64,000 bases of DNA from an uncultured Candidatus Saccharibacteria bacterium (GCA_964644965.1 CAZXYN010000005.1:9759-73758), one strand, 5' to 3'. Positions 8,553 through 17,515 are shown, counted from the stretch's first letter. A program made the numbers and translations. Notes: generated by a model not told the origin, from the sequence alone.

Positions 8553-9665
8553 CTAGTGTAATGATACGACGACTTCGCCATCATCGTTCGGCTTGTTCAT
8601 TTTTTGAGCCTGCCGTGCGATAGTGGCAACGTCCAAATCATCATTGCTTGCAAGTCCAATTATAGCAGGGTTAACAGGGTTTTGTCTGTCTGTTTGCTGA
8701 TTGTTGCCTTGGGTTACTGCTGGTGCGGCCTGGGGCAAAGGTTTGCCCTGTTCGTCATGAAGCGGCTGCAGCACGCGTACGTGGTCTGACACGTGGGCTT
8801 TTTCTTTCTCGTGCTCTTCTACCAATTTGTGAGCAAAGGCCTTTTCTTCCTCGGTTACCTCTACAGACTGAGTGGAGTCATCGGTGCCAGGCGCTACGAC
8901 TTGCTGGTTAGCAAACGTCGCGTAGTTTTGCGGCAGAGGCATCTGTGGGGTCTGCGGCTGATTCATGAACCAATAGTCTTGTGCTGTTTGTGGCTTCTGG
9001 CCACCGCCCGACACTTGATCTCTAATCTGCTGCTTGTGGCTGCTAGAGGATTGTTTGATTAGCTGGTCGAGGTGCTGCGCGGTTGAGTTGGTGCTAGGAT
9101 CGAGCATGTCGTCAGATGGCAGCACATCTACACTGGACACATCCTGGGGTAAGCTGCTCGGGTCTACCAACCTATCAGAGTTTGCTGCCAAATACCCAGG
9201 CTGAGCAAACATATTGGCGTTGACGTTCTTCACCGCCCAGCCACGGCTGTCGACGGTGTTGGCTAGAGCTTGCAGACGGCTTTTTACTTCGTCTTGGTTA
9301 AAGTTCTTGGTAAAAACTTCTTGCACTCGCTTTGGTGCGGTTATGGTGACTAGGTCGCTGACACCGTCTTGGTTCCAGATTCGGGTACGAGATTTGAACA
9401 AAAACCGCAGCCGCGCCAGCAGCCAGATGTCATTTGGCTGATCACGCCCAATTGGCGCCGCTAGGAACCCTAGCACCAGCATAGGAACTAGCATCGGAGC
9501 TACAAAAACCACCTTCACAGGCAGCGGTATGCCAGTGACTATAACTCGAAAACAAATAAAACCCATCACAATCGCAACCGCCGCAAAGATAAACTGCTTG
9601 AGCGTAAACGGCCCAAATAGCTTGTCCTCTGCCTCTATATCTTGTAATACTTTATATGTCGCCAT
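8553..9665 (-). CDS. PrgI/VirB3-like T4SS membrane protein with long Gln/Pro-rich C-terminal extension
   Basis: 370 aa; N-terminus YKVLQDIEAEDKLFGPFTLKQFIFAAVAIVMGFICF followed by second TM (PrgI-family pattern). Confidence 0.7.
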   Translation of the reverse strand: MATYKVLQDIEAEDKLFGPFTLKQFIFAAVAIVMGFICFRVIVTGIPLPVKVVFVAPMLVPMLVLGFLAAPIGRDQPNDIWLLARLRFLFKSRTRIWNQDGVSDLVTITAPKRVQEVFTKNFNQDEVKSRLQALANTVDSRGWAVKNVNANMFAQPGYLAANSDRLVDPSSLPQDVSSVDVLPSDDMLDPSTNSTAQHLDQLIKQSSSSHKQQIRDQVSGGGQKPQTAQDYWFMNQPQTPQMPLPQNYATFANQQVVAPGTDDSTQSVEVTEEEKAFAHKLVEEHEKEKAHVSDHVRVLQPLHDEQGKPLPQAAPAVTQGNNQQTDRQNPVNPAIIGLASNDDLDVATIARQAQKMNKPNDDGEVVVSLH

Positions 9666-9739
9666 CTTTGTCTAAATTATAGATTATTTATCTGCTTACA
9701 AAAAGTGAGGTTTGCATGTTGTCTTTCAAGAATGCAGAA

Positions 9740-12700
9740 CTACTCAGGAAGATTAGGATCATTCGGATTGCGAGCTCGTGGGTTTAATCTTTCCCATCTT
9801 TGGGCTATTTGAGGGTCTCTTTCTATGCGGCCTCTAACGCTTGTTGGGTCAGAGGGGCCTGCAGCTCCAGGTCTCAGCCCTCCTGTCCTAATAAGGTCAG
9901 TGCTGTTCATGAGTTCATTAATCACCTCTTGGTTGTCGTCACTAGCATAAGACTTGGACTGGTTTAGTTGTTCTATTTGGGCTGCAGTTCTTAACATCTC
10001 ATCAGTAGCGTTATCTCTGTCTGTCTGAGACAACGTTTGGTCTTGTGATCTCCTGTGTTGTTCAGTAAGATGTGACCCAAGGGAACTTGCAAGGTTTCTA
10101 ACTTCCGGAGTTTTGCCTCTTAGTAAAGTGACTGGATCTTGAGCTCTTGAGGCTTGTACAGTTGCTCTATCATACGCAAGGGATGTGGGTCTTTGAGTAG
10201 GGCTCAACTCTTCGTGCACAAGACTCTGCAGGTTGCCAAATCCTGGAGCCAAATCACCACGCCCAACCTTCTTTGTCTCCGCATTTGCAAAACCAGCAAG
10301 TGCGCTTGCGGTAGATAGATTACCTCCAGATGCCCTAGCAAGTGTGCGTGACATATGCCCGACATCCCTGTAGCCAGTACCTGTAGATACCAGCTGTTGG
10401 GCAGCTGCAATAGCCGCTGCGCGTCCACCTAGTCCAGTTGCCTGCCAGGCTGCAATCGATCTGTCGGCTTCTGTCGCATTTACCCCATCAGCAATAAGTG
10501 CAGCACGGGCTTCCTTAGCGTTCATATCTTGCAATAGGATTCCTGCATGCAAAGCATTATCGTCTTGATTAACACCATTCCAGGCAGGATTCTTCATGAT
10601 TTGCTCCATGCTATTTAGCCGAGCCATCTGATCCATGCGAGCTTTGCCCTTTTTGCCCATTCCAAACACACCCTTACCACCACCTACTCCAGCACCCAGT
10701 CTTGTACCTGCGCCACGTGTAATCATATTCCTCTGACCAAATCCCGTACCGGTGCCAGTCTTGAATTCATTCCAGCGCTTGGCGCGAGATTCTTGACGAC
10801 CCTTCTTGAGCCTATCTAGCACACCACGCTCACTGTCATTGACCATACCAGCGATATTGCCAAACACACCACCAACCCACTTGAACATAAACGGTATAAA
10901 GAAGAACGGCATAATAAACGCACCAATAACAAGAACAACCTTCACTACGGAGTTGGTGGCCGCGAGTCCGGCGACGTTTGCAAACACTTCCCCAACCCCT
11001 AGCAAAAGCATAATCACCGGAAACAGCAGCAGCAGCCTAGAGAACGTCTTCCACCAAGTCTTCCACATGGCATCATTACCTGGGAAAATCCAGGCCAGGA
11101 TTGCGAGCGGAGCCACTAGGAACAGGGCAAGCAAAATAATTTGGCGAGCAATAAGGAGCAAGAAAATGCCGCCTAGCACGAGCGCAGCCGAAAAGAGCGT
11201 GCTCATAATCACGCCAACGCTAGCAATACTTACAAAGAGTCCTGCCGCAGCGATTACTCCCAGTCCAGCGACACGTGCCTGATCTCCAACACTTGCCCCA
11301 TCACCTGCCTGCAGCACCTGTGCATTCACCAAGGCTGCTCTAAGTGGTGCACCCTGGGTGCCAACATCAAACGGTCCTGTTATTAGTCCGCGTATACCCA
11401 CTCCAATAACATTCGTAATCTCTACAAGGAACAGGCAGATATACCAAGACAAAGTAATAAATATCACCGCTATCACCATGCGCGGCAATGCCTTCTTGAT
11501 TGTGTAAGCACTGAATATTTCAAACCCAAGCGCAGTCCCAATTACCATGACAAGCATTATCGGCACAAGGATTGCGTAGGCAATATTTCGTATCTGAGTC
11601 CAAGAAGCTTTCAATTTTTGCCCTGCACTCGGGTCGCCATTTTCTTCGGGCGCTTGGTCAAAATAACTACTTTTTATAAACAACAGGTCTCTGATTTGCT
11701 CATCGAGGAACGCAACTATATTGTCCAAAAGCTCTGCTACTGGACACAAAATCCAACTCAAACCACCGCCGTTGGATGAACATTCATCAATTTCTTCGTC
11801 TCCACCACCCGTTATATTCTCTCCGGCCTGGGTTGTTGAGACTCCGTCGGTATTTTCAGAACCTGCTACCGTTACAGCGAGCACATTACTAGAGCCCTCT
11901 TTTCTTATTTGTAAATCTCTAGTACCAGATCCTATTGACGCAACTTCTGTCGGGGTAGAAGTTATGTATAGATTTCCATTACAGTTTTCGGTTCTGAATT
12001 GATTGCGCCCTGCACACCAAGAGAACGTACGAGTGCCCTGCTCTCCTTGAGACACGTGCTGGATGAGTGTTTCTTCACCAGCGCCAACCACCCCGTAAGT
12101 TATATTGAACTTATCAAGCCCACCGATAATGGCACCCACCTTATAGCCAGTGGCACCACTCGGTATACTATGCCCACAGCGCCATTCAAGAGGGTTACCA
12201 TAAAGCAGGAAGTTGCCGTTTGTTAAGCCATCACACTCAGCACTTGTTCTATCTTCCTCAAATCCTATTATGTAGTCTATATCGCTAATAAGCCCCTGTA
12301 GGTCGGAGCGAGTAATTTTTTTATCCTTTCCATTAAAAGTATCGTTTAGTTCGTCATCCAGTCTACCGCTGAATCCTTTAACCCGACTTTCATCGGAGGT
12401 ATCATCCCCACTTACAAATCGGTAATCAAAGTTACCGTCACCTGTATTCGAATCTATAAGGTAGCCATCAAGAAGGTTCTTGAACTCATCATTTGCAAAT
12501 ACATACCTTGCATTTGCTCCAGAGGGTGAATCGCAATTGCCCGACCCACTATAACTTACTTGTATTGCGGCGCGGTTAACAAAACTAATATTCAGCCAGC
12601 CCGACGGACGTCGAGTATCGTGATTATAGGGGGGCACACAGAGCTGGTTGGGTTCGGTTGCGTGTACAGCTTCGGACGAAGGATTCACGACCGCTAGTGC

Positions 12701-12778
12701 TGCAGCAGCGAGAAATGAAACAGCAATAACAAGTAATGTGCGCCATAAGCTAGCTAACTGCTTATGTTTTGGACTCAT
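9740..12778 (-). CDS. VirB6/TrbL/PrgH-like polytopic T4SS membrane protein with large N-terminal extracytoplasmic and C-terminal cytoplasmic domains
   Basis: 1012 aa; signal/anchor LLVIAVSFLAAAALAVV, Cys-containing about 330-aa domain, then multiple hydrophobic helices around aa 390-640, then about 370-aa hydrophilic tail. Confidence 0.7.
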   Translation of the reverse strand: MSPKHKQLASLWRTLLVIAVSFLAAAALAVVNPSSEAVHATEPNQLCVPPYNHDTRRPSGWLNISFVNRAAIQVSYSGSGNCDSPSGANARYVFANDEFKNLLDGYLIDSNTGDGNFDYRFVSGDDTSDESRVKGFSGRLDDELNDTFNGKDKKITRSDLQGLISDIDYIIGFEEDRTSAECDGLTNGNFLLYGNPLEWRCGHSIPSGATGYKVGAIIGGLDKFNITYGVVGAGEETLIQHVSQGEQGTRTFSWCAGRNQFRTENCNGNLYITSTPTEVASIGSGTRDLQIRKEGSSNVLAVTVAGSENTDGVSTTQAGENITGGGDEEIDECSSNGGGLSWILCPVAELLDNIVAFLDEQIRDLLFIKSSYFDQAPEENGDPSAGQKLKASWTQIRNIAYAILVPIMLVMVIGTALGFEIFSAYTIKKALPRMVIAVIFITLSWYICLFLVEITNVIGVGIRGLITGPFDVGTQGAPLRAALVNAQVLQAGDGASVGDQARVAGLGVIAAAGLFVSIASVGVIMSTLFSAALVLGGIFLLLIARQIILLALFLVAPLAILAWIFPGNDAMWKTWWKTFSRLLLLFPVIMLLLGVGEVFANVAGLAATNSVVKVVLVIGAFIMPFFFIPFMFKWVGGVFGNIAGMVNDSERGVLDRLKKGRQESRAKRWNEFKTGTGTGFGQRNMITRGAGTRLGAGVGGGKGVFGMGKKGKARMDQMARLNSMEQIMKNPAWNGVNQDDNALHAGILLQDMNAKEARAALIADGVNATEADRSIAAWQATGLGGRAAAIAAAQQLVSTGTGYRDVGHMSRTLARASGGNLSTASALAGFANAETKKVGRGDLAPGFGNLQSLVHEELSPTQRPTSLAYDRATVQASRAQDPVTLLRGKTPEVRNLASSLGSHLTEQHRRSQDQTLSQTDRDNATDEMLRTAAQIEQLNQSKSYASDDNQEVINELMNSTDLIRTGGLRPGAAGPSDPTSVRGRIERDPQIAQRWERLNPRARNPNDPNLPE

Positions 12779-12839
12779 GTATCAAAATATAGCAGTAAAC
12801 GCAATAAAATAACAGGGTTAATATTTACATTAACAGAGG

Positions 12840-13946
12840 TTAATTCGTAATACTTGGTTCGTTGCTCACGATTCGCCAGCTCATTTCCTGAATACTGCCA
12901 GAATCTTTGTTCAGAATGAGACGGGTGAACTCAAGATAAGCTTGACCAGCATTGGATGGCTTGCCAAGCGTCGTGTCTTTAGCTTGGCTGAGAATATCTG
13001 CATTATTGATATCATCACCGCTATAAAACGAGAATACGCCCATGTAACCAGTACAGCTAACCGTATTGCCGTTATCAACACATTCCTCCACTCTTACATA
13101 ATCTTCTGTTGCATAGAATCGTTCAAGCGATCGCATGCGCTCTTCGGCGCCTTCATAATCAAAGTCTTCGCTAGATTCGCCCCCCATTACACGAGCGAGA
13201 GCATCAGTGTCTCGTAAATTGAGTGCAGCTAGAATGTCTTCGCCTACTTCTGTGAGTAAGCTTTCCGGAGCGCTACTCTCGAAGTAGTAATTTCCCTCAG
13301 AAACGGTGTCGGAATAGCCATGATTCGTAAGCTCAGACAACAGCAACGATTCGCTATCGTTCAAAAATGGGTAGCTTCCTTTTCGCGGCTCAACCTCTGA
13401 GCTGTCTTCAGGATTTTCCTCGGCTACTGGTTCGTCAACTTCTACTGGGTTGCTCGGGTCTTCTACAACTTCATCAGTAGTGTTTTCTGCCGGGACAGGA
13501 GCTGCTTCGGGAGTGTTATCTCCACTACCAGCCAGGCCTTTTGCGACAAAAGCTGCGCCACCAGCCAGTACGACTGCCGCAGTGAACGCGCCAATCTTCT
13601 TGCCTAGTGACATTTTCTTCTTGTCTTCTGGATTGCGAGGATCTTCTTCAATTTTTAGAGGGGTAATAAGACCCTTTTCGTGGGCTACACCAAGATGAGT
13701 GTCAAATTCTTTAACAGGTTTTTCAAGTCCAAGATTGCCCGAGTGAGGGATGCTATCTGTCTTCGTATACTCAGCTTCGACGACACCACCATCAGCAGGG
13801 CCGTACAGAGATGCTTGGTCTTGCTCAGCAGTATTGGCTTCATTAGCATCCGGGAATAGCTGCTGTTGGTTGATTTCGTCGTGGTTTATGTCTGTCATAG
13901 AATTTGTCCTTATAATTTCTAACGAACTGCCTGTATTATACCACAT
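12840..13946 (-). CDS. hypothetical single-pass membrane protein, first gene of T4SS-like operon
   Basis: 368 aa; TM IGAFTAAVVLAGGAAFVAKGLAG, acidic Pro/Glu-rich linker, C-terminal globular part; alternative start MTDINH at 13898. Confidence 0.6.
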   Translation of the reverse strand: MWYNTGSSLEIIRTNSMTDINHDEINQQQLFPDANEANTAEQDQASLYGPADGGVVEAEYTKTDSIPHSGNLGLEKPVKEFDTHLGVAHEKGLITPLKIEEDPRNPEDKKKMSLGKKIGAFTAAVVLAGGAAFVAKGLAGSGDNTPEAAPVPAENTTDEVVEDPSNPVEVDEPVAEENPEDSSEVEPRKGSYPFLNDSESLLLSELTNHGYSDTVSEGNYYFESSAPESLLTEVGEDILAALNLRDTDALARVMGGESSEDFDYEGAEERMRSLERFYATEDYVRVEECVDNGNTVSCTGYMGVFSFYSGDDINNADILSQAKDTTLGKPSNAGQAYLEFTRLILNKDSGSIQEMSWRIVSNEPSITN

Positions 13947-14043
13947 GAAAACGCTTGTGTCTAGTACCCAGAACCATTTTGCGACTGTTCACCCCTGTGA
14001 AAATTTCTAAAAAAGTCCAAAAACCCACAAAGACTATACAAAC

Positions 14044-14072
14044 TTGTCTTTTGCCACCGAAGAGTTTATAGT
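14044..14072 (+). promoter_or_regulatory. candidate sigma70-type promoter of pilin array
   Basis: TTGTCT (14044-14049), 17-nt spacer, TATAGT (14067-14072); only 8 nt before ATG 14081, implying a near-leaderless transcript. Confidence 0.35.
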
Positions 14073-14080
14073 TAGACCAA

Positions 14081-14608
14081 ATGCGTATGATAAAAAACAA
14101 AAAGCTATCATATTTTGCGCTCATTCCCCTGTTTGTTCTGATATTGGGGGTATTTTCAGTCTCGCAAACAGCGAACGCTCAAACACCAGAGCAGCAATGC
14201 CAATCATTATTGAACGATCCAGCCGACCCGGGGAATATAGGTTACAATGAGTGTGTAAATCAGATACGCGCAGCCCAGAACGGTATTCCGTCTGAAAACA
14301 CAGGAAGTTCATCAAGCGATAGCTGGACGGGTTCTGCAACAGATGCAAATTGCGAAGAAAGCATCAGTGCCCAGGATTGTGGCATCACATGGTATTTAGT
14401 GGTGGCTATTAATATCTTGTCGGCACTGGCTGGAATTGCCATTGCCATCTCTATCGCCTACGGGGGTATTGAGTACTCTATGTCTGGTAGCGATCCGCAG
14501 AAAGTCAGCGCTGCTAAGGATCGTATCCGCAATGCGATCATTGCCCTAATCTTCTTCATATTCGGGTTTGCCATCCTAAATTACCTCATACCGGGAGGTT
14601 TGCTATAG
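14081..14608 (+). CDS. VirB2/TrbC-like T4SS pilin paralog 1
   Basis: 175 aa; signal peptide ending ANA-Q; two C-terminal TM helices with loop YGGIEYSMSGSDPQKVSAAKDRIRNAIIALI shared with the five downstream paralogs. Confidence 0.75.
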   Translation: MRMIKNKKLSYFALIPLFVLILGVFSVSQTANAQTPEQQCQSLLNDPADPGNIGYNECVNQIRAAQNGIPSENTGSSSSDSWTGSATDANCEESISAQDCGITWYLVVAINILSALAGIAIAISIAYGGIEYSMSGSDPQKVSAAKDRIRNAIIALIFFIFGFAILNYLIPGGLL

Positions 14609-14610
14609 CT

Positions 14611-15126
14611 ATGAAAAAATCACTCCTCTTTATTGGTTTTATGACGGTTTTTAGTCTCATGTTGGTGCAAACAGCCTCAATGCCCTCTAGTTTCGTGGGC
14701 TCAAGTACCGTCTCGGCTCAAGCTCCTAGCGTCGAGGATGCAGACGGTGATGGTGATAATTGCACAGAGCGTATCCTGGGTCTTCCGGTTTGGTGGGCGT
14801 ACCTTGATGTTGGCGAGGTAAGAAACAGCGAGGGCGAAGTCATAGATGAATGTGGAGTAAAGGGTCCTGCCTACTCTGATGGTAGTATGAAGTGGGAAAG
14901 TGCAGCGGGTCTCATCGCCCTAGCCATATTCGAAATACTCCTTCGGCTTGGAGCGGTTGTGGCGGTTGGGTATGTCATATACGGTGGCTTCCGCTTCATT
15001 ACATCCCAGGGGGAACCTGAAAATGCTGCTTCTGCCCGTAGCACAGTTATAAATGCCGTTATTGGACTGGTTATAGCCATGGCATCAGCTAGTATAGTCA
15101 GCTTCCTAGCTAATAGGTTAACCTAA
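14611..15126 (+). CDS. VirB2/TrbC-like T4SS pilin paralog 2
   Basis: 171 aa; signal peptide; C-terminal YGGFRFITSQGEPENAASARSTVINAVIGLVIA two-helix motif. Confidence 0.75.
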   Translation: MKKSLLFIGFMTVFSLMLVQTASMPSSFVGSSTVSAQAPSVEDADGDGDNCTERILGLPVWWAYLDVGEVRNSEGEVIDECGVKGPAYSDGSMKWESAAGLIALAIFEILLRLGAVVAVGYVIYGGFRFITSQGEPENAASARSTVINAVIGLVIAMASASIVSFLANRLT

Positions 15127-15160
15127 GGATGTATAAAAGTAAGGTGTAAAATAAGATAGT

Positions 15161-15454
15161 ATGCAGAACTTATTAATCAGAGCAGCACAGGTTTTAGATC
15201 CCGATAATCTGGAAGGTGTCCCCAAGGGTAATTTAGACCCAATTACTCTAACGGATGCGCTTCAATGGGTCTTCGGTGTGTTCGCGGCTGTTGCGGTGCT
15301 GGTTATTGCTATCGCTGCCTTTCGAATAGTTATATCAAGGGGTAATCCACAAGACGTTTCTAAGTCACGAGACACAATTATCTATGCAGCTGTTGGCCTA
15401 GCAATAAGTTTGATGGCGTTTACTATCGTAACCTTTGTTGTGGAGCGTGTGTAA
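15161..15454 (+). CDS. VirB2/TrbC-like T4SS pilin paralog 3 (no obvious signal peptide)
   Basis: 97 aa; two TM helices; FRIVISRGNPQDVSKSRDTIIYAAVGLAIS motif. Confidence 0.7.
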   Translation: MQNLLIRAAQVLDPDNLEGVPKGNLDPITLTDALQWVFGVFAAVAVLVIAIAAFRIVISRGNPQDVSKSRDTIIYAAVGLAISLMAFTIVTFVVERV

Positions 15455-15840
15455 TGAGGAGACTACTTAGCCTGCTACTCATCAGTTCGTTCCTGGCAAT
15501 CCCTTTTCTTGCTGTTTCACCTGTCCATGCACAATTTGATCCGTTCGCAGATATTTGTGATCCTTCTACAGCCGATGCCGCTGCCTGTAGTACGAATGGC
15601 AAAGATGACCCACTGTCTGGTAGTGACGGTCTGATTATGAAGGCTGTGATGATACTGTCGTATGCGACAGGAGCGGCTGCTGTAATAATGGTAATCCTGG
15701 GCGGCCTGAAGTTTATTACCGCCAACGGCGATGCCAATAGTGTGTCCAGTGCCCGAAACACCGTGCTTTACGCACTCATAGGTATAGTAGTATTCGCTGC
15801 ATCACAATTAATCGTAAGATTCGTAATAAGTAGTCTATAG
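15454..15840 (+). CDS. VirB2/TrbC-like T4SS pilin paralog 4
   Basis: 128 aa; signal peptide ending VHA-Q; LGGLKFITANGDANSVSSARNTVLYALIGIVV motif; 1-nt stop/start overlap with paralog 3. Confidence 0.75.
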   Translation: MRRLLSLLLISSFLAIPFLAVSPVHAQFDPFADICDPSTADAAACSTNGKDDPLSGSDGLIMKAVMILSYATGAAAVIMVILGGLKFITANGDANSVSSARNTVLYALIGIVVFAASQLIVRFVISSL

Positions 15841-15845
15841 GAGAT

Positions 15846-16253
15846 ATGAATATGCAAAAAAGATTGAAACTAGCTGCCTTGAGCCTGATGATGGCGATAG
15901 GTTTGCTTGTGCCTGCGCTTGCCTCGGCTCCGGTCTCTGCACAGGTATCTGAAGATTCAAAGCAGGCAGCTTGTGATGGGCTAGGACTCGGCGCCGACGA
16001 AGGTGGCTGTAACGGCACGGCTGGTACGTCTGTCTCTAGCCTGCTGGCTGATGTAATCAATATTTTGTCATGGATTGTAGGTATCGTGGCAGTAATTATG
16101 ATAATTATCGGTGGGTTCAAATACGTCCTGTCTAACGGCGATAGCGCTGGCATAAACAGCGCCAAGAACACCATTATATATTCACTAATCGGGCTTGTGG
16201 TCGCTGCGCTTGCGCAGATAATGGTGCAGTTTGTCCTGGATAGGGTCACTTGA
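15846..16253 (+). CDS. VirB2/TrbC-like T4SS pilin paralog 5
   Basis: 135 aa; signal peptide ending SAQ; IGGFKYVLSNGDSAGINSAKNTIIYSLIGLVV motif. Confidence 0.75.
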   Translation: MNMQKRLKLAALSLMMAIGLLVPALASAPVSAQVSEDSKQAACDGLGLGADEGGCNGTAGTSVSSLLADVINILSWIVGIVAVIMIIIGGFKYVLSNGDSAGINSAKNTIIYSLIGLVVAALAQIMVQFVLDRVT

Positions 16254-16339
16254 GGCTACGAGTGGTTACGCTTGTAACAGGGCGTATCTAGTGATATAAC
16301 TAATGCTAAAGCAATAAAGTAAATGAGGAATAACAAAAG

Positions 16340-16762
16340 ATGATAAAGAAAATAAAACAATTTGCCTTAATTCTAGCACTGAGCGCTGGTCTTTTCATGC
16401 CAGTGGCGCTAGTTGGTGTTACGAGTGCTCAGGCAAACATTCAGGGTAGTCTGTGTGATGGAACAGAGTTCGCCCCTGCTCCAGTTGATGGCAGCAGCGG
16501 TAGTTGTGATACAGCTGGAAGCACAGGAAGTGTCCAGAGTGCTATTAGTACAGCAGTTGACCTACTGTCATGGGTAGTTGGTATCGTATCTGTAATCATG
16601 ATTATTGTCGGTGGTTTCCGCTACATCACCTCTGGTGGTGCGAGCGACAAAGTTACTGGTGCCAAGAACACCATTATCTATGCAATCATCGGTCTAGTCA
16701 TTGTGGCGCTTGCCCAGTTCATCGTGAACTTTGTACTCAACCAGACGGTTAACATAACCTAA
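16340..16762 (+). CDS. VirB2/TrbC-like T4SS pilin paralog 6
   Basis: 140 aa; signal peptide ending AQA-N; VGGFRYITSGGASDKVTGAKNTIIYAIIGLVI motif, closest to paralog 5. Confidence 0.75.
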   Translation: MIKKIKQFALILALSAGLFMPVALVGVTSAQANIQGSLCDGTEFAPAPVDGSSGSCDTAGSTGSVQSAISTAVDLLSWVVGIVSVIMIIVGGFRYITSGGASDKVTGAKNTIIYAIIGLVIVALAQFIVNFVLNQTVNIT

Positions 16763-16847
16763 GGTAGAGCAATAAATTTGTGTTAAGCCCCGGTTCCTCA
16801 CTGGGGTTTTTCTTTGCCCTTAGCTCCCGCCCCTTCTAGGGACAATC

Positions 16848-16880
16848 AAAAACCCGCTCGGTTTCAAGAGCGGGTTTTTT
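16848..16880. terminator. bidirectional rho-independent terminator
   Basis: AAAAACCCGCTC-ggtttcaa-GAGCGGGTTTTTT: 8-9 bp GC-rich stem with A-run upstream and T-run downstream, between convergent pilin array and hsp20. Confidence 0.7.
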
Positions 16881-16931
16881 GTCGAGGTTTCTAAGGTTTA
16901 GAGAACTTCGATTTTCTTGACCGTGTCCTGT

Positions 16932-17019
16932 CTAGTAGTAGAGCTTCGTGTAATTTTGCTCTTAAGCAAAATAAAACACCCCAGTTTCCTGGGGGTGTTC
17001 ACGAAGCCTCACTACCGGG
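16932..17019 (-). repeat. hairpin repeat element, copy 1 (GTAGTGAG/TCTACTAC family)
   Basis: Arms CTAGTAGTAGAGCTTCGTG (16932-16950) and CACGAAGCCTCACTACCGGG (17000-17019) are inverted repeats enclosing two internal hairpins (TTTTGCT/AGCAAAA; AACACCCCAG/CTGGGGGTGTT followed by T-run on minus strand); 11 nt downstream of hsp20 stop. Confidence 0.75.
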
Positions 17020-17029
17020 CTTGTTTGAT

Positions 17030-17515
17030 CTAGAGGACCTCAATCTTTTTAACGGTGTCCTGCTTGACCTTAGCAAAGCTGATGGTGAGTACACCGTCTT
17101 TGAGCATTGCTTCGATCTCTTCTTCCTTAACAGGTACTGGTAGCGCGATAGATCGGCTAAATTCACCCCAGTAACATTCCTGAACGAAGTAGTTTTCTAC
17201 GTCGTCTTCGTTTCCAGCGCTCAATGTGCCACGTACAGACAATGTGTTGTCTGAGATGCTGACATCAAGGTCGTTCTTGTTCACACCTGCGGTGCGAGCC
17301 TTCACAACCAGCTTGTCGCGTGTTTCGTACACATCAACTGCTAGCTGGCCAGGAACTGGTTCTTCGTCGTCCCAGTCGTTGGCGCTTGGGCTACTAACGC
17401 CTTGATCGTCACTAACTGGTTCGTCTGCAGAAGTTGGCATATCGTCGTCGCCAAGGAAAGCAGCAGTCAGTTCGTCTTCCATCAAGAGGTCATCATCCTG
17501 ATTCCGTCTTGCCAT
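17030..17515 (-). CDS. Hsp20/alpha-crystallin small heat-shock protein
   Basis: 161 aa; acidic N-terminus then LAVDVYETRDKLVVKARTAGVNKNDLDVSISDNTLSVRG...GVLTISFAK alpha-crystallin domain pattern. Confidence 0.85.
   Translation of the reverse strand: MARRNQDDDLLMEDELTAAFLGDDDMPTSADEPVSDDQGVSSPSANDWDDEEPVPGQLAVDVYETRDKLVVKARTAGVNKNDLDVSISDNTLSVRGTLSAGNEDDVENYFVQECYWGEFSRSIALPVPVKEEEIEAMLKDGVLTISFAKVKQDTVKKIEVL

Noticed and set aside
16789-16812. Possible terminator CCCC-ggttcctcact-GGGG after the last pilin gene
   Set aside because: The stem is only about 4-5 bp. The stronger hairpin at 16848-16880 is the better terminator candidate.
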